Assembly (NCBI GenBank): GCA_964640125.1
Contig: CAZXGG010000006.1
Coordinates: 15,756-79,755 of the forward strand
Length of the DNA: 64,000 nt
Source of the DNA: an uncultured Rikenellaceae bacterium
Lineage (GTDB): Bacteria; Bacteroidota; Bacteroidia; Bacteroidales; VadinHA17
Reading direction: 5' to 3'
In this document: piece by piece, positions 28,474-37,141 of the stretch
How the letters are laid out: every line of letters starts with the position of its first letter
Numbering within the stretch: the first letter of the stretch is position 1
Notes under the pieces: generated by a model
What the model was told of the DNA's origin: nothing
Databases searched by the model: none
Seen by the model: only the letters and a program-made list of their open reading frames with translations
Made by a program: the position numbers and the translations under genes

Positions 28474-29474
28474 TGAGTAAAGTCCATTTTGAACATAGAA
28501 TGGGGGCACATTGTGAATCCGGTACAGTTGCCAGCCTGTTAAACCATGCTGGCCTGGAAATTACCGAACCGCTTGTATTTGGTATTGCCGGGGGAATATT
28601 CTTCGGATACATTAATACCCCTTTCTTCACTTTTCCTACCTTCATCGTACGGAATCGTCCCGGTCATATCCGGACAAATGTGGCAAAACGCCTGGGTATT
28701 TCATTCAAAACCCATAAATTCCGCAACCAAAAATCCGGTATTGAAGCATTAGACTCCCTTCTTGAACAAAATATTGCCACCGGCGCCCAGGTTGATTTCT
28801 TTTACATGAAATACATTCCGGAGTGGCAACGGGTCCATATCAATGTTCACTACATTACTATAATCGGAAAAAACGGGGCAAAATATATTCTGAGTGACAG
28901 TTATTATCCACAAATTGTTGAACTGGATTTCGAGCTCATGAGAAAAGCCCGCTTTGCTGGTGGCAACATGGCTCCAAAAGGATTCCTCTTCTACCCGGAA
29001 AAAATCACCAGCGAAGTACCCTTTGAAAAAGCGATCGTAACAGGGATAAAAAGTGCCTGTTACAACATGCTGAAACTGCCGGTGCCTTTTATCGGTGTTA
29101 AAGGAATATACCGGTTTGCAGATAAAATCATGGAGTGGCCCAGGTTAGCCAGGGATATCGAACACCTTTCCCATGAAGTAATGAAGATTAATATCTTGCT
29201 AGAGGACCAGGGAACAGGAGGAGCCGGATTTCGTTACATGTATGCTACCTTTTTACAACAAGCATCCGGTATTTTAAATAGCCCCACTCTCTCCGATATG
29301 TCAAAAAGAATGATGGAAATTGGTGACGGTTGGCGGAACATTTCTTATATTGCAGCCAAAATTGGAAAAAAGAGAGAATTGGGTGAAAGTAACCTGAAAG
29401 AGTTGAGTAACCTCATCAGAGAAAGAGGTGATCTTGAAAAAGCATTCTTTCAGGATTTGAGTAAAACGGTGTAA
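28473..29474 (+). CDS. BtrH N-terminal (peptidase C39-like) domain protein; putative ACP-dependent acyltransferase
   Basis: 333 aa. N-terminal 'GAHCESGTVASLLNHAG' matches the Cys-containing signature I associate with BtrH_N/DUF4872 proteins. Immediately followed by an ACP gene. Confidence 0.6.
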   Translation: MSKVHFEHRMGAHCESGTVASLLNHAGLEITEPLVFGIAGGIFFGYINTPFFTFPTFIVRNRPGHIRTNVAKRLGISFKTHKFRNQKSGIEALDSLLEQNIATGAQVDFFYMKYIPEWQRVHINVHYITIIGKNGAKYILSDSYYPQIVELDFELMRKARFAGGNMAPKGFLFYPEKITSEVPFEKAIVTGIKSACYNMLKLPVPFIGVKGIYRFADKIMEWPRLARDIEHLSHEVMKINILLEDQGTGGAGFRYMYATFLQQASGILNSPTLSDMSKRMMEIGDGWRNISYIAAKIGKKRELGESNLKELSNLIRERGDLEKAFFQDLSKTV

Positions 29475-29498
29475 GAATAGTGTAAAACTGAAGCAGGA

Positions 29499-29783
29499 AT
29501 GAATCAGGTGAATATTTCCGGTTTGAAGGATGAAATTAAAGCCCTGATTATCGAAGCGTTAAATATACAACACGTTAAACCAGAAAATATTAACACCGGC
29601 GATCCGCTGTTTGCCAGGGACAATATTCTGGGTTTGGATTCCATTGATGCTATCGAGATTGTCATGGCTGTTCAACGAAAATATAATGTCAGAATTGCCG
29701 ATCAAAACCTGGCACGTACTGTGCTGGAATCCATTGATACAATCGCTGAATTTGTTGCCAAAGAATTAGCACATATAGCATAA
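29499..29783 (+). CDS. acyl carrier protein (second, dedicated)
   Basis: 94 aa. 'ILGLDSIDAIEIVMAV' phosphopantetheine Ser motif. Confidence 0.85.
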   Translation: MNQVNISGLKDEIKALIIEALNIQHVKPENINTGDPLFARDNILGLDSIDAIEIVMAVQRKYNVRIADQNLARTVLESIDTIAEFVAKELAHIA

Positions 29784-29879
29784 TATTCATTCTTCATCAG
29801 GTTGTCTGATCCACATTTCTTCTGTATAATTCTCACGGCCCATACCTGGTCTGACATATCGAGTTAATTTTTGGTAGTG

Positions 29880-30971
29880 ATGAAACATTCTTACCTCCTT
29901 GCCGGAATAAAATTGAGCCATTTTTTTCGACTGATCAGGCGGAATGGATTATCCTATCGTCCAAAATACCTATTCCGCGTCCTTTTTTTGTTGCAAGGAG
30001 GAGTCTGGTCATCTTTCCTCTCCTCTCTCGAGGTAAAACGGTTCAGAGAAAAGACAAAGAATTTTCAGCCACCTGATGATCCGATTTTCATTATTGGACA
30101 TTGGAGGACGGGGAGCACCTATCTCCATCAATTGTTAAACCTGGATGATCGATTTGCATCCCCGACGGTTTTTCAGGTCTCCGTTCCCGATAATTTTTTG
30201 GTTTCCAGACGATATTATAAACCCATCATAACCCGCATGCTGGGAAGTGTTCGTCCGATGGATCAGGTTAAACTTGGTTTTGATGAGCCACAAGAGGATG
30301 AATATGCGATTTTGAAAATGGGCATGCAGTCACCCCTTGAAAAACTGATCTTTCCTAAAAACCAACGCTATTTTCTCTCCGGTTATTCTACCTTCGTCCC
30401 GGACACAACTCAACTCAACGGGTGGATCGATTCCTTTAAATTGTTTTATACGAAACTTGTTTTTCATTACAAAACAAGGATCCTGTTTAAAAATCCATTC
30501 CATTCCCTGCGAATCGAGCTGTTAAAAAAGATGTTCCCAAATGCCTATTTCATCCACATTTACCGAAATCCATACGTTGTTGTTCCCTCCACACGGCACA
30601 TGTGGAGAATTGTTGGAAGACAGAATTGTCTGCGACAATATCATTCCGATCCACCGTTTTCTGAAGTGGTTTCCTTTTATAAAATGATGATGAACAACAT
30701 CAGAAAATCCCTGGATTCACTCCCGGAGAACAGCTTTAGTGAGGTGAAATTTGAGGAGTTTGAAACCGATCCGCTGCACGTACTCAAAACCCTGTATGAT
30801 CAAATGGGCCTGACTTTTTCCTCAGAACAGGAACAGGTAATACTCAATTTTCTCAGGCAAAACAAAGATTTTAGAAAAAACAGGTATACATTATCCGCAG
30901 AGGAAGCGGATCAGATTTCAGTAGAATTGAGTCATGAATTGAAACGATGTGGTTATGAGAATCCGTATTAA
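29880..30971 (+). CDS. PAPS-dependent sulfotransferase family protein
   Basis: 5'-PSB loop 'IIGHWRTGSTYLHQLL' and 3'-PB-like 'IYRNPYVVVPST'. ATG at 29880 is preferred over the TTG at 29871. Confidence 0.78.
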   Translation: MKHSYLLAGIKLSHFFRLIRRNGLSYRPKYLFRVLFLLQGGVWSSFLSSLEVKRFREKTKNFQPPDDPIFIIGHWRTGSTYLHQLLNLDDRFASPTVFQVSVPDNFLVSRRYYKPIITRMLGSVRPMDQVKLGFDEPQEDEYAILKMGMQSPLEKLIFPKNQRYFLSGYSTFVPDTTQLNGWIDSFKLFYTKLVFHYKTRILFKNPFHSLRIELLKKMFPNAYFIHIYRNPYVVVPSTRHMWRIVGRQNCLRQYHSDPPFSEVVSFYKMMMNNIRKSLDSLPENSFSEVKFEEFETDPLHVLKTLYDQMGLTFSSEQEQVILNFLRQNKDFRKNRYTLSAEEADQISVELSHELKRCGYENPY

Positions 30972-31021
30972 CCGAATCGTGATACACGGAATGGGAAGAG
31001 TTTTTGAAAAGTAGAAGCACT

Positions 31022-32290
31022 ATGAAATTTAAACTGATATATCCGCGATGGGAGAAACTGGAGGGGCAGACCATTTTTAATCTTCCCCCGCATGGCCCGG
31101 TTGTATTTGCAGCAGCCCTGCCCGATTTTGTCGAGATTGATTTCATTGATGAAAACGTTCAGCCGCTTGACTTTGAGGATCCGGTTGATTTTGTTGGTAT
31201 TTCAATGATGCTCACCATACAGCTTAAACGGGGCTGGGAGATCGCCCATGAATACCAGAAAAGGGGCATAAAGGTAATCTTCGGAGGGATCGCCACCATG
31301 TTGCACGCTGAAGAAACAATGCAACATGCCGACTCAATATTCCTCGGTGAAGTAGAAGGCAGACTGGAACAGGTCTTTGAGGACTTCAAACAAAACCGGT
31401 TAAAGAAAGTCTATAATTATTTGAATCAGGAGCCATTAGATGTCTCTATTGTTGGCCCTGCACGCAGGGATATCCTTACCAGGGAACTTTACTTCCATAA
31501 AGGAGTGCAGATGGTTGACCTGTTCCATGCATCGCGGGGGTGCAGGTTCAATTGCTACCCATGTGCCGTCTCTTTTCTGGGCGGAAGAGTATTCCGGCCA
31601 CGACCGATCGAAAAGTCAATCGAGGAATTGGAAACCATTGAAAACAACCGGCTCTTCATTGTGGATAATTCCCTCGCACAGGACACACAGTGGGAAAAAG
31701 ATCTCTTCAAAGCCATGATCCCCTTGAAAAAAAACTGGTGCAGTCATACCATTGAAGATAAACCCGAAGTGTTGGATCTTGCTGCCCAGGCTGGTGCATG
31801 GTATGTTTACCAGGCAATATTTGATACCTCCGACTACATCAGAAAGAGAATACAACGATACCATGACTTTGGCATTTCAGTGGAAGGGACTATCTTGCTC
31901 GGAATGGATAACCAGACCGAGGATGACATAAAACGGCTGATTGATTTTCTTCTTGAAATTAACCTTGATCTCGCTGAATTCACCGTGTTGACACCCTTCC
32001 CACATACCAAAGCACATGATGATCTAAAAAAAGAACGCCGGATTATCAGCAACGATTGGAACGATTACAACGCCGGAAAGGTCGTTTTTAAACCAAAGCA
32101 TATGTCTCCGGAACGGTTACAGGAATTGTACCATTATGCCTGGGATTCATTTTATAAGGATGAAACACAGGAGCAGAAAATGTTCACATTAATTATGAAA
32201 GTAATCGAAAAAGAGATGGACGATGGTACCTACCAACCCCGGAGAAGAGATCTTGCCGATAAAAGTTTCGGAAGGGTTATTCAACGGTAA
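31022..32290 (+). CDS. B12-binding-domain radical SAM enzyme (class B), paralog 4
   Basis: 'VDFVGISMML...VIFGGIATM...HADSIFLGEVE' and 'ASRGCRFNCYPCAV'. ATG at 31022 ('MKFKLIYP') is preferred over the TTG at 31004. Confidence 0.85.
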   Translation: MKFKLIYPRWEKLEGQTIFNLPPHGPVVFAAALPDFVEIDFIDENVQPLDFEDPVDFVGISMMLTIQLKRGWEIAHEYQKRGIKVIFGGIATMLHAEETMQHADSIFLGEVEGRLEQVFEDFKQNRLKKVYNYLNQEPLDVSIVGPARRDILTRELYFHKGVQMVDLFHASRGCRFNCYPCAVSFLGGRVFRPRPIEKSIEELETIENNRLFIVDNSLAQDTQWEKDLFKAMIPLKKNWCSHTIEDKPEVLDLAAQAGAWYVYQAIFDTSDYIRKRIQRYHDFGISVEGTILLGMDNQTEDDIKRLIDFLLEINLDLAEFTVLTPFPHTKAHDDLKKERRIISNDWNDYNAGKVVFKPKHMSPERLQELYHYAWDSFYKDETQEQKMFTLIMKVIEKEMDDGTYQPRRRDLADKSFGRVIQR

Positions 32291-32333
32291 TCGGAGGGAA
32301 CCGCATGCTTAACCTGGTGAATTTTTTTACACC

Positions 32334-32708
32334 ATGAAAGGTCAGGATCAATTTGTTGAAGAAATGTATCACTTCAAGGGTGAATGGGGAATCCCTTCCC
32401 TGTGTGGTTTGAAAATTGTTATAAAAAAAGAGAAAGCAATCATCCTGGTCACTGAATTTTATGATACTAACCCTGGTACATCGATAACGAATTGGAATAC
32501 TCATCTGGCGCAGGAGATCTGCCAGAAATACAGGATTGATCCGAACCGTATGATATTCATCGAGCATGCGCCGAAAACGAGTTCAACCTTATCCTTTTAT
32601 CAGGAGACTTTTGATCGCGTCACCTTCGCCTGGGATGGAGAATCGCTTGCTGATCCTAAATGGGAAAGAATAAGTAAAGAGGAGGTTATAAAACTGATGG
32701 ATGAATAA
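32334..32708 (+). CDS. hypothetical protein (no recognisable domain)
   Basis: 124-aa ORF in operon context between the rSAM and the ligase. No motif recognised. Confidence 0.5.
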   Translation: MKGQDQFVEEMYHFKGEWGIPSLCGLKIVIKKEKAIILVTEFYDTNPGTSITNWNTHLAQEICQKYRIDPNRMIFIEHAPKTSSTLSFYQETFDRVTFAWDGESLADPKWERISKEEVIKLMDE

Positions 32709-32726
32709 TATTGAAATTGTCATCAT

Positions 32727-34079
32727 ATGAACCTGCATGAAATAACCAATATGCCTCCGGGCTGGGATTTTATTCCTGAAATTGAAAAACAACCATCCGA
32801 TGTTGTTGAGAAATATCAGGTTGAAAAATTGGTGAATCTGTTACATTATCTTTCCGGTAACTCCGCCTTTTACTCCGCGCTGTTCAAACAGTGCGGATTG
32901 GATATCGGTGCAATCCGAACCCTGAAAGATCTCTCGCATATTCCCCCAACGACAAAGAATGATCTGCAGTTATATAACCTGGATTTTATCTGTGTCGGAC
33001 AGGAAAAAATCATAGATTACATTACCACTTCCGGGACCCTTGGTGACCCCGTTACCCTGGCAATGACCGATCAGGATCTGAATCGTCTGGCGTACAATGA
33101 AGCCATCTCCTTTGCCTGTGCCGACGGTTCTTCCAATGATATCTATCAGCTTGCGCTGACCATTGACAAACGGTTTATGGCTGGCCTGGCCTATTGGATG
33201 GGAGCCCGAAAGCTGGGAGCAGGAGTTGTCAGGGTTGGAGGCGGTATTCCGGAATTGCAGTGGGATACTGTTCAACGACTATCCCCAACAACAATCGTTT
33301 GTGTTCCATCATTCATTCTGAAACTGATTGAATATGCCGAACAGCAAAAAATAGATTATCGCAACTCCTCATTAAAAAAGGCGGTATGTATTGGAGAACC
33401 AATCCGAAATCCTGATTTCACACTGGGCCCGATCGGGACAAGAATAAAGGAAAAATGGGGACTTGCACTCTATTCAACCTATGCATCCACAGAGATGTCA
33501 ACCGCTTTTACAGAATGCAGACAGGGAAAGGGCGGTCATCATCACCCGGAACTTATCATTGTTGAATTTCTTGACGAGAAGGATACCCCGGTTCGTGAAG
33601 GGGAGGCTGGTGAAGTTACAATTACTACCCTCGGTGTGGAGGGAATGCCCCTGTTGCGCTATAAGACCGGAGATATCTGTTTCCACTATACCGATCCCTG
33701 TCCATGCGGGCGTCAGAGCATGCGGTTGGGACCGGTTATTGGCAGAAAAAATCAGATGATCAAATTCAAAGGAACCACACTCTATCCCTATGCTTTATAC
33801 GATATTCTCGATAACCTGCAGGAGGTGGCAAATTATGTTGTAGAGGTGTATACCGACGAGATTGGTACGGATCAAATCTTAATCCGCATCGGATGTGAAC
33901 AGATACCGCAAGGTTTTGAAAAGGAGATCAAAGATCATTTCCGTGCACGCCTGCGGGTTGCTCCTGCTATTCGTTTTGAATCCATCGACTACATCAATAA
34001 GATACAAAATCCCCGGTCGGGAAGAAAAACGGTAAAATTTATCGACCACAGGAACAATAAAAAACAACAGGATAACTAA
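32727..34079 (+). CDS. phenylacetate-CoA ligase / F390-synthetase family adenylate-forming enzyme (PaaK-like)
   Basis: 450 aa. 'ITTSGTLGDPV' (AMP motif), 'STYASTEM', 'LRYKTGDI'. Short PaaK-type architecture. Confidence 0.8.
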   Translation: MNLHEITNMPPGWDFIPEIEKQPSDVVEKYQVEKLVNLLHYLSGNSAFYSALFKQCGLDIGAIRTLKDLSHIPPTTKNDLQLYNLDFICVGQEKIIDYITTSGTLGDPVTLAMTDQDLNRLAYNEAISFACADGSSNDIYQLALTIDKRFMAGLAYWMGARKLGAGVVRVGGGIPELQWDTVQRLSPTTIVCVPSFILKLIEYAEQQKIDYRNSSLKKAVCIGEPIRNPDFTLGPIGTRIKEKWGLALYSTYASTEMSTAFTECRQGKGGHHHPELIIVEFLDEKDTPVREGEAGEVTITTLGVEGMPLLRYKTGDICFHYTDPCPCGRQSMRLGPVIGRKNQMIKFKGTTLYPYALYDILDNLQEVANYVVEVYTDEIGTDQILIRIGCEQIPQGFEKEIKDHFRARLRVAPAIRFESIDYINKIQNPRSGRKTVKFIDHRNNKKQQDN

Positions 34080-34087
34080 ACAGGATC

Positions 34088-34121
34088 ATTCCTGAGCTGT
34101 GTAGGGTATAGCGTCAGGAAT
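34088..34121. terminator. hairpin between convergent operons (possible bidirectional terminator)
   Basis: Perfect 8-bp stem 'attcctga'/'tcaggaat' with an 18-nt loop. No clear U-tract. Confidence 0.35.
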
Positions 34122-34165
34122 CCATCAGTACATATCTCCCATAAACGGATCATCCGGTTTGTCAA

Positions 34166-35293
34166 TCAACGATACTCAAACGTAAATCCGGCTTGCATAA
34201 ACTTACTCACCTCGGTTACAAAACTGAGTACCAGGTCTCCTTTTTCCATGGACTCTTCCCGCATGATCTTGTCCATACAGATGAATACCATTGGAGGTCC
34301 GACGTATCCCATGGAAGCCATTTTTGAATAGAAGGCATCCCTGGGAATCCCAAGGTTTGCAGACTCTTCCAGCACAATCTCAGAAATATGCCTTGATGGG
34401 AAATTAATCTGGAAAAAGCGGATCTTGCGAATATCGATGGGATAACGGGTAAGCATCCGTTTTAAACCCTGGTAAAAAACAGAACCCTCCTCCTCATAAA
34501 AATGTTCGCGCAATTGCTCATTAAACATCTGGGAGAGGTGGTGTAATCCTTGTTCATACTCATCCCTGGGATTAATCCAATAGGCCGGACGGTGGTTCAA
34601 CATCGATGCTGGTTTGTTCCCACCGATGGATTCCATATAGGAGTTTTTCAGGAAAAATCCACCGGTCATCTTATTTTCTGCCTGCAATACAATAGCCCCC
34701 GCTCCATCACTCAAAAAATACCGCAAAAAAACCTCTTCTTTCTTCAGGATCTCCTGATGATAATATTCGGCACGCAACTCGGAAGATGACATGCTGGAGG
34801 AGATGATGAGAGCATTCCTATACCTGCCAGACTGCAACAGGTCATGTGCCACTACTACTCCCTTATATGCAGAAGTGCAATTAGCATGTATGGATAGTTC
34901 ACTGCAGTGATCGATTCCCAGTGCTTCCTGGATTCTTACCGAAGCGGTTGGCATCTGGTCCTGGTGAGCACTTCCGTAAATGATCAGTTCCAGATCGTTC
35001 GGGCGAATACCGGCCATATCCAATGCTTTCCTTGCAGATTTAACTGACATGGTCACATTATCATCAGTAAATTCCCTGGTTTCTGGATCAATGGCAAAAT
35101 GATAGTACTCCACCTCCAGCATCTCTTTCATCAATAGCTTCATCCTTTTCAACCATTTTTGTATTCGTACAGGCGCCCTGGTCAACTCACCCAGAAAATA
35201 ATCCACCTCATCAATGGTTACCGGAGTCCCGGGTAGATATGAGCCAGTACCTGTCAACTTAATGTGCACACTATTTTTCATTGCTCTTGTCAA
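34166..35293 (-). CDS. KAS III (FabH/CHS-like thiolase fold) family protein, non-canonical active site
   Basis: 375 aa. Colinear with FabH. Cys candidate in 'IHANCTSAYKG'. Carries 'FFQINFPSRH' where FabH has 'PHQAN', and 'MGYVGPP' where FabH has 'YGNTSAAS'. C-terminal 'KGDLVLSF'. Confidence 0.75.
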   Translation of the reverse strand: MTRAMKNSVHIKLTGTGSYLPGTPVTIDEVDYFLGELTRAPVRIQKWLKRMKLLMKEMLEVEYYHFAIDPETREFTDDNVTMSVKSARKALDMAGIRPNDLELIIYGSAHQDQMPTASVRIQEALGIDHCSELSIHANCTSAYKGVVVAHDLLQSGRYRNALIISSSMSSSELRAEYYHQEILKKEEVFLRYFLSDGAGAIVLQAENKMTGGFFLKNSYMESIGGNKPASMLNHRPAYWINPRDEYEQGLHHLSQMFNEQLREHFYEEEGSVFYQGLKRMLTRYPIDIRKIRFFQINFPSRHISEIVLEESANLGIPRDAFYSKMASMGYVGPPMVFICMDKIMREESMEKGDLVLSFVTEVSKFMQAGFTFEYR

Positions 35294-35966
35294 ATTCCAT
35301 CAACTGTTTTTCACCATAAATCCGGTTATACTTTCCTTCCAGGAATTTTGCCAATCGCACTGCATAGGTCAGTATACCCTTTTTATCCAACACTTTATCC
35401 ACAACTCCCCATGCAAGTGCTTCCCGCGGGGTAAAACTATGTCCTCCCAGAACGATTTCAAACGTTTTTAAAGTATCGGTTAAGTTTAGCATATAATGCA
35501 CTCCGCCCAAGCCAGGCAGCAGATTAAAGGATGATTCCGGTAATCCGAGAACAGCTCTTTCGGAACAAATTCGTATATGGCAGCTCAATGCCAATTCAAA
35601 AGCAGCTCCAAGGCAAACTCCTGTAATAACAGCAATAACAGGAATAGACATTCTGCTGAAAAAACGAAAGGTTTCCAGGTTTTCAATCAAGAAATCAGGT
35701 TGTTTATCTGCCTGACTTGAGTGGCTTTCCGAACAATTTTCGGTGACGTTTTGAAGCAGGTCTTTCAATTCAGCACCCGAAGAAAAGTGCCGGCCCTTTC
35801 CGTAAACCAGGATTGCATTGATCTTTTCATCTGGAATGACATTCCGCACAAGATCACCCAGTTCTTTGAAAAACAGGTTGCCCATGGAATTGTTTGGTGG
35901 CTGGTTCAGCACTAAATGTCCTATCATCTCCTCCACTTTCCACTCTATGGTTGTATAGTGATCCAC
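35271..35966 (-). CDS. enoyl-CoA hydratase/isomerase (crotonase) family
   Basis: 231 aa. 'GKGRHFSSGAEL', 'GVCLGAAFELALSCHIRIC', 'LGLPESSFNLLPGLGG'. Both catalytic Glu positions are present. Confidence 0.82.
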   Translation of the reverse strand: MDHYTTIEWKVEEMIGHLVLNQPPNNSMGNLFFKELGDLVRNVIPDEKINAILVYGKGRHFSSGAELKDLLQNVTENCSESHSSQADKQPDFLIENLETFRFFSRMSIPVIAVITGVCLGAAFELALSCHIRICSERAVLGLPESSFNLLPGLGGVHYMLNLTDTLKTFEIVLGGHSFTPREALAWGVVDKVLDKKGILTYAVRLAKFLEGKYNRIYGEKQLMEFDKSNEK

Positions 35967-35991
35967 AATTTAAATGGGGTTATTTCTTTAT

Positions 35992-36360
35992 TTATATCTC
36001 AATAATGATCATTCCAACTACCCGTTTCCTGGAATGCGAAATAGAACAGCAGATATTTTGTATCCCTCTGTTGTAACACCAACCTTTCAAATGATCAGAC
36101 AAACGGAGTACAGGTTTCCCAAAATCGTCGTTCAATATCTCGATTTCCCTGAAATCTCCCTCGTGCTGAAACTCAGTAAACAGTAGCTTTTTTATAATGT
36201 ATCGTCCTGCAAGGCTCCCAGCATTCGCTTTACCTGGGAAAAGCTCCAGTTCCCTCGGTGTGAACAATGGCTCAAGAACAGATTTCTTGTTAAATCGTTC
36301 GTGCCATTTATCAAGCAACATGATCTCATGTTTCTTTCCATATTTAACCGAATGATTCAC
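35992..36360 (-). CDS. AcpS-like phosphopantetheinyl-transferase homolog, apparently degenerate
   Basis: 122 aa. 'FTPRELELF', 'LAGRYIIKKLLF', 'EIEILNDDFGKPVL' and 'ISHSRKRVVGMIIIE' are colinear with AcpS. No N-terminal GxD motif, and KK replaces the KE(A/S) Glu. Confidence 0.55.
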   Translation of the reverse strand: MNHSVKYGKKHEIMLLDKWHERFNKKSVLEPLFTPRELELFPGKANAGSLAGRYIIKKLLFTEFQHEGDFREIEILNDDFGKPVLRLSDHLKGWCYNRGIQNICCSISHSRKRVVGMIIIEI

Positions 36361-36388
36361 TGCAGCATGGGATTTTCAACGATAACGT

Positions 36389-37141
36389 TCAGTCTGATTC
36401 ATTTTCTCTTCGCTTTGCTTCTTTGCAGGCAAGATCACAAAAAAGTTTTGTCTCTTCTATAAAGGCTTCCTCAGCGGTTTTATTCCTGCAATAATAGATC
36501 GCTCTGGTGATGGCTTGAATGACTTCCATCGGTTTATTATGAACCATAGATTTCAACAGATGGACGGAATAGGATAAGGTTTCACCAGAATCCACAACAT
36601 GGTCCACAATATTCAATTCCAATGCTTTTTCTGCATCAATCATATCCCCACCAATGATCATCTCATAACTCACTCCTCCTTTGAGAAGTTTTGATAACCG
36701 GCGAATACCTCCAAGACCGGGCATCAAATTGTGGTTTACTTCAGGAAAAGCAAACAGGGTTTTTTCGCCGCAAACTCTAATATGGCAGGCTAACGCAATT
36801 TCAAAGCCCCCTCCAAAACAGATTCCGTCAACAGCGGCTACGACGGGAATATTCAATTCTTCAATTGATTGTAACAGGCGTTTCCCCTGTTCGATTTTCT
36901 TTTGAAGCAGGTTTTTCTTCCCGGCTATTTCAAATAATTCCTGAAGATCTGCCCCCGCAGAAAAATGCCTGCCACTACCTGTAAAAACAAGACCTTTCAG
37001 CCTGTTTTTATGAAGAAAATCCTCCAACTCGCTATCCTTCAGAAAATCCGGTTCAGACAGGGAGTTCTCTGGAGGATTATCCAGGGTAATGATTCCAACA
37101 GGGTCATCAACAGTAAATTGAATATGTCCTTTCTTATTCAT
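36389..37141 (-). CDS. enoyl-CoA hydratase/isomerase (crotonase) family
   Basis: 250 aa. 'GSGRHFSAGADL', 'GICFGGGFEIALACHIRVC', 'FAFPEVNHNLMPGLGG'. Confidence 0.85.
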   Translation of the reverse strand: MNKKGHIQFTVDDPVGIITLDNPPENSLSEPDFLKDSELEDFLHKNRLKGLVFTGSGRHFSAGADLQELFEIAGKKNLLQKKIEQGKRLLQSIEELNIPVVAAVDGICFGGGFEIALACHIRVCGEKTLFAFPEVNHNLMPGLGGIRRLSKLLKGGVSYEMIIGGDMIDAEKALELNIVDHVVDSGETLSYSVHLLKSMVHNKPMEVIQAITRAIYYCRNKTAEEAFIEETKLFCDLACKEAKRRENESD

